DNA of 64,000 nt. Origin: Glaucostegus cemiculus (lineage: Eukaryota). The notes beneath the pieces were generated by a model that had not been told where the DNA came from, ran no database searches, and saw only the letters and a list, made by a program, of their open reading frames with translations. Both the position numbers and the translations under genes were made by a program. The stretch is from assembly GCA_976551045.1 (NCBI GenBank), contig CDPCPM010000241.1, forward strand, positions 6,448,001 to 6,512,000, given 5' to 3'. Positions 23,696 through 36,816 of this stretch are shown piece by piece (within the stretch, counting starts at the first letter, position 1; the number at the start of each line of letters is the position of its first letter).

Positions 23696-25042
23696 AGTTT
23701 TCAAGTTTTGCATGTGACATTGCGTATTGCCCATTTTTTTTCATCCATAGAAGCAGTTTCTTCTGAAATCTTTCTGCTGTTTTCCCATAGGGTAACCAAC
23801 TGGTGCAGCCTGTCAAATTATGAATAAATAAACACCTTAATTGAGAGCTTTTGATGAAATAGAGACAGATAATTACCAGAAGAAATACGTTTTTAATAAA
23901 GTCTAAGATGGAAGAGATGTGATAATAAATGCTGAAAGAATGATTGCTGAACTGCAGCATTGACTTCAAAGATGTAATTTCTCTTTATATCCTCAATGAT
24001 CTCATCCTGTCCTACCTTTTGCTCAGAGCAGTCTAAATGTACAGAGTAATTGTAGGTTATCTTTCCCCACTTTTTTTCACACTAAGAAATATTAAATTTT
24101 CTTTCAATAAAAAATGCCCAGTGTTTATTTATTCATCTATTTTAGAGCTTCAGTTCATTTTAGCTCCACAAATGCAGCAAAAGCAAATAAGCTCTGTACT
24201 TAATGTGATAATTTATTTTGGCGCAGTTCTTGCCCAATCAGCACAGCATGTTGAAATGATGATCAGAAAGTAAAAGAGGAAATCTAAAATAAATCCATCA
24301 ACTGAAGCAAGTATACAAAAAGTTGCTTAGCATGTGAAAGAAAAATTCGACCAATCTTTTAGGCGAGACCTATTTTTGGCAGAGATGAGAATCACTTTAT
24401 TAGAATTAATCCTAAGGAAGGGGGTTGGATTTGGGGAAAGGGGACAAAAGGTAAAAATGTAATATCAATCATCTAAATAACTAATATTTTAACTCTACTG
24501 TTCTCACCATCCTTTGATCTCATGAAATTTCATTTAAGGTATACAGCGTGTCTGTCATTCCTTCACATTAACATCATTGGACCACTCAGTGTAACCTGAA
24601 ACTTAACCTATCATGCACTTTTAGCACCTGATGTCCATTTCCAGGGTTTACTGTTTTTATTGCTGAATCTGCTTTCAGTTTGAGCTGCTGTACTTGAGTC
24701 ACAGTGCAATAACATTCATACTGGAGTGGGTTCACCCTTGCTGTGAATGTGCTGAAAAGCAGCTTTGTCAATGCAGTGCAACACTGTGTATTTTTTCAGA
24801 AAATCCTCTCTTGGGGATTTGCTGTTCACTGCATTGTGAATGAAATAAAATACTTGAAGTATAAACTATCACAGTAGGACAGTTTAATTTCATATAATGA
24901 TACGATTTCAAACATTCCTATTGTACATTGTCTGAAAATTGTTTGGGGGGGGTGCTGCTGAATGTCAGGATTTGGGGCAAATGACTCTGTGGTTGAGTAG
25001 CTTGTTGATACTCTACCTGGGTGAGGATTGACATTCCTGTGT

Positions 25043-25320
25043 AGAACATAGAACATAGAAAAACTACAGCACAGTTCAGGCCCTTCGGCCCACAAAGGTG
25101 TGCCGAATATGTCCCTACATTAGAAATTACTGGGCATTCCCATAGCCCTCTATGGGAATTCTGGGCATTCCCTAGCTCCAAGTACCTATCTAACAGTCTT
25201 AAGTGAGGTACATTTGGTTTCTTGGTTGCATGCTGCACTCATTTGTTAACTTTCCTTGTTTCATGCACAAGGACACCCAGGTCCTTCTGAACATCAAGTT
25301 TTCAACCTCCCAGCTCTAAA
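25043..25320 (-). mobile_element. CR1 LINE 3' tail and fragment
   Basis: AGAACATAGAACATAGAAAAACTACAGCACAGTTCAGGCCCTTCGGCCCACAA (tandem-repeat tail plus terminal stem-loop). Confidence 0.75.
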
Positions 25321-26084
25321 AAATTTAGTCTTTCATTTGTTTGTATCACCTCACATCTTAAGGTATTAAAATGGAATAATTAGTTTTACGAGGAGAAATT
25401 TGATTTTTCCTATAAATCAATTGTGTTAAACAATTTGTGTGCTTCTCACCAGAGGGTTCTTGAATATTTTTTGAATGTATTAAGAACCCCAAATGTCTTC
25501 AGCCTTCTTTAGGTATAGGGAGAAACATGTTTTTAAATATCTATGGCATCTGTTCTGATACCAAGGGTTGCTATGGAAACTAAGACTGTAGGTTTCCTGC
25601 CTACAGCTAGGATATGCAATCTTCTAGAAGCAGAGAGTAGATACATGTCACAAAGTGAGTGGCATGTATATGACCACGCGAAATACAGGATTAACTGATA
25701 ACCTGGGATAAAATGTTTATCTTCCTCTCTGTGTTATTCAACCTAAGGGGACTATTAAGATTAAAAAGGATTTTTGACTTTAAACCTGGCTCAGTTTCAA
25801 ACAAGAAAAATGTAAAGCTGACTAATGCACAATTTAATGAGGTGGAAGCAGTCAGTTGAAACTGTTATTTAGTGGTTGACCCATAACCTGTTGTAATCTG
25901 GGATAAAAAAAACCTGGTATTTGAATTAGTAATGGTAACAAATGAAGTGATTAAAGAGTAAATGTATCAAAAACCTACTGGTGCAGACCTGCTACTAATT
26001 GCAACTGGCCATTTTGAGATTTTTATGCAAATAGTATTACATTCTAGTTTGACTTTTATTCTGAATTAGCTGGATTTTAATCTG

Positions 26085-26420
26085 AGTTGTATTTATATAG
26101 TATCCTAATATTGTAAAATGTTCCAAGATGCACCATAGGAGCGTTGTTAAACAAAACTTGACACAGTAATGCAAGGAGGCAATGCTGACCAAAATCTCAT
26201 TGAGCTGATAGATTTTAACAAGTTTTAGAGGAAAGAAGCAGCATTGTTTAGGGAGATAATTTGGGGTTTTAGGCTCTTGGCATCTTGACATCCACAAATG
26301 TAGTCATTAAAATTGAGGATGCTGAAGAAGTTAGAATGGAGGAGTACTAACATCTCTGAGGGATTACAGGACTGGAAAATATTGTAGAGATGGGGAGGGG
26401 CAAGGCCAAAGAGCTATTTG
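26085..26420 (-). mobile_element. L2-clade LINE 3' end, old
   Basis: TTGTATTTATATAG...GTAAAATGTTCCAAGATGC.CCATAGGAGCG...TGACCAAAA resembles the reverse L2/Deu-SINE-type tail. Confidence 0.5.
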
Positions 26421-27114
26421 CATATATTTTTGTTAACTTCTGTTATAACTATTCATTCTTGGGCACTTTTTTCTTCTCGGTGTAAGAGTTAACCCTCATA
26501 GATAAACACACTAACTTGTTGATGGAGAAAAGTTATGTATATTGTAACCAAGAATTGTTCTGGTTCTTCCTTAAATCTGTTTATTCTTTTTATATATTGC
26601 ATTTTTACCATTTAGCCTTGAAAACTTAGAGCAACATCACCAGTTGTGCACAAGACAACTTAGCCAACAGGTTTGTGAGCAAGCAGTTAGTTGTCTACAA
26701 AAGCAGTAGTTATAGCCAGCTGCCAAAGGGAATTCAAATAAAATGGGCTTTGAACCAGTTCATGAAAGGTTAAACAGGAGATCCAGTCATGAGGTTTTAT
26801 GAACAATACGCAGCAGTTGCCAGCTGAAGGCCATCTGTTTCGATTGTCATGTTACTTAATAGCTTGGTGAGACATGTCAGTTGTTTCCACCATTTAGCTG
26901 ATTGTTTTCTCATTTGCTCATGCCTTTAGGTAATCAACAATATTGCCTTCCCTGGCTTTTTGCTGATACATTTCAGTCAATGCCAGAAGCATTTAAGTTA
27001 ACTTCCCAGTTGCAGAAGCCATTCTGAGCCGTATTTCTGAAAGGAACCTTTTTAAATAAAGTAACTAAGTACAAGAGAAGACACACGCTATGGATGACAA
27101 AGTAGACTTGTTAT

Positions 27115-28040
27115 TCACTTGCAGGATGTGAGTGTAGCTGACAAGATCTTGAGGAGGTGACCTCGAGAAAGTGGTGGTGAATTGCCAGTCTGAACATCTG
27201 CAGGCTGTCTGGTGATGGTACTCTCACAATTCTGTGGGGTAGGGAGTTACAGTAGTGTTAAAGGAACAGCAGGTATACTTTTTCAAATGGAGTTAGTGTG
27301 TACATTTAAGGAAAACTTGCAGGTGGTAGTGTTTCTATGCACCCAGTGACCTTGTTCTTTGAGTCTGGAAGCTGCTGTCAAAGTATGCTTGTGGTGTTAA
27401 TGCAATGTCTCTTTTAAATGGTGCACATACCAACCATGGTGCTGTGGGCAATATAAAGAGTGAATGTTTAGAGTAATAGATGAGGATGCCAATCAGACAG
27501 GCTGCTTTGGTTTGGTTGGTGTTGAGCTTCTCGACTGCCGTTGGACTGGCACACATCCAGACAACTGAAGATATTCAATCTCATCCTTGACATGTTCCTT
27601 TTAAATGATGGAAAGGCATTTTAGGAGTAAAGAGACAGATCATTTGTTACAGGACACCCAGCCTTTGACCTGACTTTGTGGCCACAGCAATTATGGCTGG
27701 AATGGTGACACTAGCATTAAACGTTAAGAACAGGTGTCTTTTCTGAGACCGTCATTGTGTGGCATGATTGTTGCTTGTCAGTTATCAGCCCATGCCTGCA
27801 TCCTTATGACAAACAGACACAGATTAATTCATGGGTTTAGGAGTTGTGAATGGAATTAAACATTGTGCAACCTTCAAACACTCCACGTCTGACCTTATGA
27901 TGAAGGGAAAGTCATTGATGAAGCATCGAAAGATGATTGGTCCTGAATCACGGAACTCCAGTACTGATATCCTGTGGCTGAAATGATTGACTTGTAGTAA
28001 CCACAACCATTCATTTTTGCATCTGGTTTTAGTCATTTGA
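27115..28040 (-). mobile_element. Decayed LINE (family of 1080-1800) including an RT piece
   Basis: Minus ORF ...GPIIFRCFINDFPFIIRSDV (LGP.IF..FINDL RT motif); 3' tail similar to 34800-35525. Confidence 0.75.
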
Positions 28041-28287
28041 AAGTTTTTATCATAGCATTTAGATTAGCCAACTTCTCAGCAATGTAAAGACCTTTTTCTT
28101 TATAAGCTTTTACTTCCTCAAGGAAAATTTGTTCTACAGATTCATTGCAGAAGACCTTATTCTGAACAGCATAATGCCTAAATGCTGGTATAAAATCCTG
28201 AAAAGCATCAGCTTTCTAGCACTGATTGAAATATGTAACATAATCACCTGGCTTTGAGTTCTTTTAGTATATTCTGTCTGTTTACAG

Positions 28288-28405
28288 TTGGAAGAAGGAG
28301 AGCAGTTTTGCACCACTGTAACCACCATGGGGGAAGAAGCTGGTGAATTTCTTGCCAAAGGCTATCTGGGCCTAGGGTTGGTCTACAGTCTCCAAGCTAC
28401 AGATG
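28288..28405 (+). CDS. TTC7A: TTC7A internal coding exon (118 nt, phase 0-1)
   Basis: tttacag|TTG...GATG|gtaggt; [39 protein letters not shown]. Confidence 0.95.
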
Positions 28406-28519
28406 GTAGGTTAACTTAGGTTGGGTGTGCATTTCACCATTCCGTAATATTGATTATTCATGTTCACCAATACACCTTTCCCAGGTGTATTGAACAATAA
28501 GATGGACTAGTCAGACTAG

Positions 28520-28746
28520 TATTGGACAATATGATAGACTTATCATCCTAGTACAATAAGATGGATTCTTGACCTCACAATCTACCTCATTATGACCTGC
28601 AGTGCACTTTCTCTGTAACTGTTATTGTTTTACCCTGCACTATCTCGATGCACTGTGTAATGAATTGATCTGTATGAATGGTATGCAAGACAAGTTTTTC
28701 ACTGTACGTCAGTACATGTAACAATAATAAACCAATTTCAATTCCA
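28520..28746 (+). mobile_element. Rex1-family 3' UTR fragment (same family as 2604-3082)
   Basis: TACAATAAGATGG...GACCTCACA.TCTACC...TGCACTTTCTCTGTA...ACAATAATAAACCAAT is the reverse complement of 2604-2840. Confidence 0.8.
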
Positions 28747-28829
28747 AGGTCATTATGCTGTAAGGTTTTCTGTTTTATGAACGTATCTGTTGAAAGGTCA
28801 TCAACCTGAAATAGTCATTGACTTGTAAC

Positions 28830-29125
28830 AGTCATAAAGTTATCACAGAACCAGGCCCTTCGGCCCGCCACTTCCTTGCCAACCTTATTGCTCACGTTAT
28901 GACTGTATCCTTCTTTGCTTTGGCTGCTTAAGTGTCTGTCTAGTTTCCTCTTAAATGTAGTAATTGTATCTAATTCTACTACCACCTCTGGCAGCACATT
29001 CCAGTTATCAACCACTTTCTGTGTAAAACAAAATACTTAATCCTCAAATCTCCTACAAAACCCCCTCCTCTCACCTTATACCTCTGCTCTCTTGGTTTTG
29101 ATACTCCTACCATGGGAAAAAGATT
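28830..29125 (-). mobile_element. CR1 LINE 3' end
   Basis: Minus ORFs VDNWNVLPEVVVELDTITTFKRKLDRHL and LFPMVGVSKPREQRYKVRGG; CAGGCCCTTCGGCCC tail. Confidence 0.8.
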
Positions 29126-29129
29126 TTTG

Positions 29130-29250
29130 CATCTTTCCTCTTCGCACTCAGTCCTGATGCAGGGTCTCGACCCAAAACATCGACTTGTACCTTTTGCCTC
29201 CTCAGATGCTGCTTGACCCACTGAGTTCTTCCAGTGTTCTGCTTTCTTTG
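29130..29250 (+). mobile_element. PLE terminal repeat (family B) with an inactivated hammerhead
   Basis: AGTC-CTGATGC-A-GGGT-CTCG-ACCC-AAAA-CATC-GACT; the GAAA>AAAA and CGTC>CATC changes are CpG-type transitions. Confidence 0.8.
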
Positions 29251-29526
29251 TACCCCTCTTAAGAACATGTGAAAGGACAGATGAGCAAAGTTATCAAGTA
29301 ATCAACCTTTCTCAAAAAACTATGCGTATTATACATAAAGAAATTTTTGTTAACCACACTGCTCATTTTATTAAGCAGTAAAATAATAAATTTGTCTTTA
29401 CAGTCATCATTTATTTAGTTGAAGTATGATATGATGAAAGAATGGGACATGGCCATTTCAGAGTTTTTAGTTCATTTTGAATTTGATGAGTAATGCTGAT
29501 TGACCTTTTGTGGTATCATTCTACAG

Positions 29527-29584
29527 CTACATTAAGAAGCACCCAAGATGACCTCCATAAGAAAGCTTTGAAAGCTCTGAGAAG
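29527..29584 (+). CDS. TTC7A: TTC7A internal coding exon (58 nt, phase 1-2)
   Basis: ttctacag|CT...AGAAG|gtaaga; (A)TLRSTQDDLHKKALKALR(R); phases join both neighbours. Confidence 0.92.
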
Positions 29585-30654
29585 GTAAGACTGTACGTTT
29601 GATTTTACGTTGGTGTAAACTAGAATTGAGAGATCAAATAACATATTGTTGGCATTTTGTAGAACAAAGCTTGCATTAATGCTAAATATTAGCAATTCAT
29701 TCATATTACACTGTTAGAGCCAACAGCGATAAATTGTAGGTGTAGACCTAATGAATCATATTCTCAAATAAAGCAAAGATTTCTAGTTTTTGACATGTTA
29801 AAACTTCTAAAACTAGATCAAAGTAGCCTGTTGGACTGTATGAATACATTATAAAACAGCGAGGCTGTTTTTCAAATAGGTGATAGTTCCTATAAGAACT
29901 GTTGTGAACTGTTCTCGGTTTATTACAGATATATTGTAATTTTATATGGAGGTACTTTCAACAATGATATATTGCATGGTAATTTTTCCAGAAGCATATG
30001 TTTTCATTTAATTTTGGCAATGCATAGATAGTCTGAATATATTAATTTGTGAGCTAAATATTCTTTGGTGTTCCACTATTAAAACTAAGGCTGTATAGGA
30101 TGTAATGCAGTATACTTGACAATGTTAGTATTAGATTGCCAATCTCCTACGAAATTATGCATAGGAATCCATTTAGATCAAGAAAGACTAGATGGCTGGG
30201 AGGTAACTGGGCCAGGGGAGAGAAACTGAAAGATGGTAGAAGAAGGGGAATGAAAGGGAGAACAAAAGGTCAGATGGTCTGAGGAGGTAGAAGTATGGGA
30301 CAGGGACAAGTTGTCAGGCAAGCCATAGGAGGGAAGAGAAGGCCAGTAGAACAAAGGTAGGGGCATGACCACTGAGCTTGCCTATCAACTCCTGTAAGTT
30401 CTTTCAGGTGGGTTTGATGTATTGCAGGGAAACCCAAGGCTATTAAAATAACCATTTGAAGGGAAGTGAGAGGCTGCAAAATGTGGAGATGGCAACTGGC
30501 ATAGGCAGTAACTTAGAGATTGGTAGATTTGGTAAGAAATGTTTTAATGTAGCTGGAGAAGTGGCTGGGAGATGTTGGATATGGGCAATTTCACATACTA
30601 GCAAGCATTCCTGCAAGGATGTTGGACCTCTTTCAGTTCAGGTTCAATCATTCA

Positions 30655-31040
30655 TCTTGCACAGGTCCCACCTTTCTCATAAATGGTCCCAGTGATCCAG
30701 AAATCTGTAACCTTCTCCTCTATACCACCTCTTTAGACACAAATTCATCTGACCTATCCTAGTCCCGTACACATGGCACCCAAATCCAACAATTACAACC
30801 TTAGAGATCCTGCTATTTAATCTGCAATTTAGCTCCTTAAATACATGCTGCAGAAGTGCATCCCTCTTTTTACCTATGTCATTTCTTCCAATGTGCACCA
30901 CAACCTCCTTCCTGTTTCATTCTGTGACATCATTGACCATGGTGCCAGAGAGGCAGAACACCATCCTGGAATCACGTCCATGGCTACAGGGGCATGTTTT
31001 TTTCCCCTCACTATCGAGTGTCCTACCACTATTGTCCATG
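30655..31040 (-). mobile_element. CR1 ORF1 (SGNH esterase) fragment
   Basis: ORF 30677-30901 VHIGRNDIGKKRDALLQHVFKELNCRLNSRISKVVIVG...GYRFLDHWD (GxND esterase block). Confidence 0.8.
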
Positions 31041-31064
31041 AACTTTTATTCCTGCCCCCACGGA

Positions 31065-32360
31065 ATGGGTTTTAACACGGCCTCACTTGATAGACTGGTC
31101 ATAAAAGTAAAAGCCAATGGGATTTAAGAGAGATGGGTAAATTGGATCCAAAATTGACTGAGTGGCAGAAAAAAAAAGAGAATAGTTGATGGATATTTTT
31201 TATGGCCAAAGACTGGTATTGATTGTGTTCCACAGGACACCCTATTCTCTACCTTGTTTTTTTTTAGTAATACATGTTAATCATATAGCTATAAGTCTAG
31301 AAGGCATGATAAAGAAGTTTGTTGTGTGGGTGTCTGTGAGAAGGAAGACTTTAGAAGATATAGATTTAGATTTAGAACACATAGATGGTCTGGTGAGTTG
31401 GGCAGAAAAGTGACAAGTGGAATTTGATCCAGAGAAATGTGAGATAATGCATTTGGGAAGATTCATCAAAGTGAGGGGATGTTCAATAAATGGGAGTAGT
31501 GTAGAAGAACAATGAGTATATCCACGGATCCTTAGATGTAACAGGAATGGGTTGATAAAATGATTAAAAATGCATAACAGACCTTTTCTTTATTTGATGA
31601 AGCATAAAATCTAAGGCCAGTAAGGTTATGTTAGAACTGCATATGTCATTTATTAAACTACAGCTTGAATACTATATAAATTCTGGTCACCATCTTACAA
31701 GAAAGATGAGACTGCACTGGAGAGGGTAGAGAGGAGACTTGCAAGGGTTTTGCCAAAACTGGAAAATTGTAGCTTTGCCAAACGATTGAATAATCTAGAG
31801 ATATTTTCTTCAAAACAAAGATGGCTAAGGAACATAAAATTATGAGGGGCCTATTTGGAATACATAGGAAGGACACATTTCCTTTAGCAGAGTAGTCAAA
31901 ATCCAGGTAGCGTAGATGTAAATTAGTTTGTACAAGGATGAGATGAAATATGTGATTGGGGTCTGACACTCACTGTATAGAAGGGTGGTAGAGGCAGAAA
32001 TCCTCATCAAATGTATAAAGTGTTGGGATGTGTCCCAGAAGAACTGCCTCCAGACCAGTCCTGGAAAGACACTGGAGGTAAAAACAAATTACTGGAAAAA
32101 CCTCACACCTATCAGCATCTGTGGGAAGAGAAACATTTAACGCGTCTGTACCAGGATGCTTTATCGGAAGATGAACCTGAAACATTAACTGTTACTGTTT
32201 CCACAGAAGATGTTTGACATGTTTAGTTTTTCCAGCATTTTCTGTTTCTATTTCAGATTTCCAGTATCTGCAGTTTTTTCAATTTTCTTTAGGCTGCAGA
32301 GTTTTTCTCCCAACTGACACAGACAACGTGGGCTAAATACCCTCCATCTGTTTTGTAACT
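31065..32360 (+). mobile_element. Decayed CR1 ORF2 (RT to 3' tail), interrupted by a PLE fold-back
   Basis: IDGLVSWAEK*QVEFDPEKCEIMHLG and QLEYYI..WSP motifs; tail resumes near 32290. Confidence 0.75.
32070..32285. mobile_element. Fold-back PLE terminal-repeat element, decayed
   Basis: Left arm CTGGAAAAACCTCA..CAGCATCTGTGG; right arm CCTGAAACATTAACTG...CCAGCATTTTCTG...GATTTCCAGTATCTGCAG. Confidence 0.7.
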
Positions 32361-33139
32361 TTATGTGAGATGGGGGATGAAACCTGAGTAAAACATTGAG
32401 TTATTTTTCAATTGATGAAACGGATTTCTATTAAAGGTCATCACGTGTATTCTGCCAAGGCTTTTGCAAGCAATGATCTCTGCGTCTGACATAAAAATTA
32501 TCTTAAAATTCAATATTTGATTGTCATCCAAGTCCCCTCCAACCAACACCCAACCACATGATGTATAAGAATATTAAACCATTTATCATGATTAAAAACC
32601 TGTGAACATACAAACTACTTAAGAAAATTTGGTTTAATTTGTTTCCAGATAAAGTTTTTGCCTGAAAATGATTCATGCCCAACTAATTTCAGTTGAAATT
32701 TTGTGCATAATGATTGTTTGTGAAATGGTGAGATGATGTGAAATGCTCTCATTACTAGCAATCATTTCACATTGTCAGTTGCTTTGTTCCCTTCAAATCA
32801 GTAAACCATTGCTGGAATCAGCAGACCTTGTAATTTTAGCTGCATTTTCAAAGGTGGCAGTGAGATGTTTATTTAAGATCTTCAAGGTAGGATTTTAATT
32901 TCCAGCAGTATCACTAGTTGGTCTGTTGGGTGTGAAGTTACCATGATTAAGAGCCTTAGGACTCTGTGATCTCCCTTTTGGGACATGCCACTTTCCCTAT
33001 TTTGGAATACACAGACACAAGCAAAAGTCCAAGTTTAGGAGCCTCCCTACATCAATAAGCATGAAACTGGAACTTATCCAATTATGTCACCAGTGAGCAC
33101 ACATCACACTGAGCATCACAGCTTGGCTACTCAGCCAGA

Positions 33140-33260
33140 TCTACCCTTAACTCAAAATGTTGACTGTCCATTTCCAGCTACAGATGCTGCCTGCCCCACT
33201 CAGTTCTTCCAACATCTTGATTGTTGCTTCATCTGCAATCTGTCTCCATTGTCTTTTTGA
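33140..33260 (+). mobile_element. PLE terminal repeat fragment
   Basis: AAAATGTTGACTGTCCATTTCC..CAGATGCTGCCTGCCCCACTCAGTTCTTCCAACA. Confidence 0.65.
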
Positions 33261-33948
33261 TGTGTCTAAGCTAACTAAGAAGACTCAATGTGGCTATTTA
33301 CCTTTGAGATCAGTGAGGGAGTTATATTCAGCAGTTTTAAAGGTGTAAGAACACTTAAAAGAGAGAAGAGAAAGAACTGCTTTGTACAAAATGAATGCAC
33401 ATAAATTCTGGCTTTAGGAAACAAAATTGATACAAGAAAACCTTTTTTTAAAAATATTCTGTAATTTTCTGAAAGAACTTCATTTTCACTTCATCAAAAC
33501 AAGTGTGGTGGGGCATGGAATGAATTTTTTGTTATGTATGCTATTCTTGGTTCATCGCCATTTACAGCTATGTGGCTTTATAAATGGAAATGAGTCAGAC
33601 AGACCAGACATTGACATTAACTGTAATATTCAGATTTGGTGTGCTCTGGTTGGCAGATTTCAATTTAACATGAAATTCAAAGTATTGGCAACTGGACTAT
33701 TTTTAAACAAAATTTTATAATGTCACTATGCTCACATAAAGGTATTATTCTTGTAATTAAATCATCTCAAAATTGTTGCTGTGTAACCAGGTTTTATTAC
33801 TTCATCAAATTAGACCTCTGGAAGAAATGAAAATTTCATCTTGATTTATTGTTTTCCTCTTGTATTGAGTTTTTGAACTTTTATAGTGTGGTTTTATTTA
33901 CCAGCATAATTTATCAAGATTCTAAGATTCTATGTACCATTATTCTAG

Positions 33949-34021
33949 AGCCCACAGTTTGGATCCTGATGATCATCGGATTGCCCTGTACCTATCCTTG
34001 CAGATGGCATTCAACAGGCAG
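33949..34021 (+). CDS. TTC7A: TTC7A internal coding exon (73 nt, phase 2-0)
   Basis: tattctag|A GCC...CAG|gttggt; (R)AHSLDPDDHRIALYLSLQMAFNRQ. Confidence 0.9.
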
Positions 34022-34799
34022 GTTGGTACTCCAGTTATTACTTGTTGATCCCATTTATGCATTCCCACCCTCCCCCCAGGCAATGGTATAGCACAAAGCT
34101 TTGTGCAAGCAATAGTTTAAACACAGAAACCCGAACCCTGAAAGTGTTTGGCACTTCCATGTGTTTATGGAGCTCTATTTTAAATTATGTCGCAGTTGTT
34201 CATGCAAATGACACACATACATGGTGACATACATAGAAGCAGCACTCCTCTGTGGTGGGAAGAGTATTGCTTCTATGTGCCTTTACGAGCTGGCTTAAAG
34301 ATCATATGATCACATTGTAACAACTGAGTACCTGCAACACATTAGTAGGAAATGTGCTGAACCTGACATTGCCAGGGAAACCCATCTACACTTCCATATA
34401 CTTCGTGTTTGAGTTCTCGGTCTTCATATGACTTTCACAAACAATGTTAGTAGGACTCTCAAAACTGCAAAAATGACATGGAGTGATTTCTAGGCCATTG
34501 TTTCTTAAACCAGTTAGCTACTATTGCCTAGAAAAAAAAGGAGCACTGCAACCACACTGCTGCCCACATCAGAAATGTAATAGGTAAACAAAGCCATAGC
34601 TTTAAGCCTGTTAAGGTTCCGTTTTATTAAGCTGGTCACGAGTGATTCATAGTGACAGTAAATCTAAACAATCAGATGAAATACTGCACTGTGGGAGTTA
34701 CTTATGAGTTTGCAGTACTTGCAACAATTTTTCACATTTGTAAAAGAATTTCTAAATATGTTAACAATCACTGTATTGATATGATATAAAATAAAAATA

Positions 34800-35525
34800 A
34801 AACCCCATCCATAATTCATCCTTAACTGCCCTTGAGAAGGTGGCGGTGAGCTGCCTTCTTGAACCGCTGCAGTCCTTGAGGAGTGGGTGTACCCACAAGG
34901 CTGTTAAGGAGAAAGTTCCATGATTTTGACCCAGTAACGGTGAAGGAACAGCGAGGTATTGCCAAGTCCGGATAGTGTGTGGCTCAGAGGGTAATTTCCC
35001 GCAGTGGTGTTCCCATGCTTTTGCTACCCTTGTCCTTCTAGCTGGTAGAGTTTCTGGGTTTGGAAGGTGCTGCCTAAGGAATCTTGGTGGATGGTACAAA
35101 TTACTGCTACTGTACATCGGTGGTGGAGTGAGTGCCAGTCAAGTGAGCTGCTAGGTCCTGTATGGTGTGGAGCTTCCTGAGTATTGTTAAAGCTGCACTC
35201 TTTCAGGCAAGTGGAGTGTGTTCCATCACACTCCTGGCTTGAGCCTAGTAGATGGTGGACAGGCCTTGGGGAGTTAGGAGGAGTTATTTGTCGCAGGGTT
35301 CTATGCTTTTAACCTGCTCTTGGAGCCAGGTTGTGGAAGTAGGTACTCCAGTTCAGTTTCTAGTCATCAGTGTAACCCTCAGGTTATTGATAGTGGGGAA
35401 TTCAGAGATGGTAATGCCATTGGATGTCAGGATAAAAACTGAATTTTCTCTTGTTGGATAATGTAATTGTCCAGCACTTGTGTGGTGCGAATGTTACTTG
35501 CCACTTATCAGCCCAGGTGTGAATA
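34800..35525 (-). mobile_element. LINE 3' part (family of 1080-1800 and 2060-2372)
   Basis: TAACTGCCCTTGAGAAGGTGGCGGTGAGCTGCCTTCTTGAACCGCTGCAGTCCTTGAG is the reverse complement of about 2255-2312. Confidence 0.85.
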
Positions 35526-36378
35526 TTTTAAATTACAGCATTCTGTTTGCTACATGAAAATACTTTGCACAGCTTTCATCATGTGAAGATTTTCCAATGA
35601 ACAAATTCAGGTATTTATTTTCCCCATTTCTATTGTTCCTCATGAACTAAGATTCCCCTCATGTGAGATGGTTAGTCCCAGAAGACTGTTCAACCACAAG
35701 TCCAGGTATGACCTCCAGAAGGGCATCGCAAGCGCAAAGAGACAATTCCAGACTAAACTGGACTCACAGACGGATGCTCGACAGCTAAGCCAGGTCTTGC
35801 ATGCTGTCAGTTTCCACAAGGTGAAATCGGGTAGCAGAAGTGGCAATGAACCATCACTTCCAGATGAGCTCAGTGCTTTGAAAGGGAGAACAACAACAAC
35901 AGACTCCCACAGCTCATAATGACCCTGTGATCTCAGACTCTAAGGCTGACGTCAGAGCATCCTTCAAGAGGGTGAATCCACACAAAGCATCTAACCCAGA
36001 TGACGTACCTGGCCAAGTACTGAAGATCCGTGCAGATCACCTGGCAGGTGTATTCAAGGACAACTTCAGCTTCTCACTTCTATGGTCTGAGGTTCCCACC
36101 TGCTTCAAAGGGGTGTCTCTAATACCTATGCCCAGGAATAACATGGGGACTTGCCTCAGTGACTACTGTTTGATTGCACTTACATCCACTGTATGAAGTG
36201 CTTCAAGAGGTTGGTTATGGCACAAGTCAACTCCAACCTCAGAAATAACCTGGTTCCCTTTAAATTTGCCTATTGCGACAACAGATCAACAGCAGATGCT
36301 AGTTCACTGGCTCCCTATTCTGTTCTGGACCATCTGGATAACAAAAAACACATATGTCAGGCTGCTGGTTATCAACTA

Positions 36379-36500
36379 TGAATGATAGAGAAATGGGGGG
36401 GCTATGTGGGAGGGGAGGGTTAGATAGATCTTAGAGCAGGACAAAAATGTTGGCACAACATTGTGGGCTGAAGGGCCTGTACTGTGCTGTAATGTTCTAT
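36379..36500 (+). mobile_element. Very short CR1 3' tail (family X) inserted in Rex1
   Basis: Reverse complement of the tail at 43098-43210; flanked by AACTA/GACTA (probable TSD) within the Rex1 L.IDY.SAFNT motif. Confidence 0.8.
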
Positions 36501-36816
36501 GACTACTGTTCAGCTTTTCAACACAATTGCCCCCTCCAAACTTATCACCAAGCTCCGAGACCTGGGCTTCTGTACCTCGCTTTGCAACTGGATCCTTGAC
36601 TTCCTCATCAGCAGACCTCAATCAGTACGGATTGGTAATGACATCTCCTCCTCACTGACCATCAACACAGGTGCACCTCAGGGCTGCATGCTTAACCCCC
36701 TGCTCTGCTCTCTTTACACTCATGACTGTGTGGCTCAATACAGCTTCAATGCCATCTACAAATACACTGATAACACCACTGTTGCTGGCCAAATCATGGG
36801 TGGTGAGGAGTCAGTG

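Noticed and set aside
23418-23969. Longest ORF in the track (183 aa, minus strand)
   Set aside because: Runs through the PLE fold-back repeat and AT-rich intron, with no recognisable domain or splice context
30655-31200. Minus-strand CR1 ORF1 piece abutting a plus-strand CR1 RT piece, as a possible 5' inversion
   Set aside because: The two pieces are far apart in the CR1 consensus and no TSD is visible; adjacent independent insertions explain it equally well
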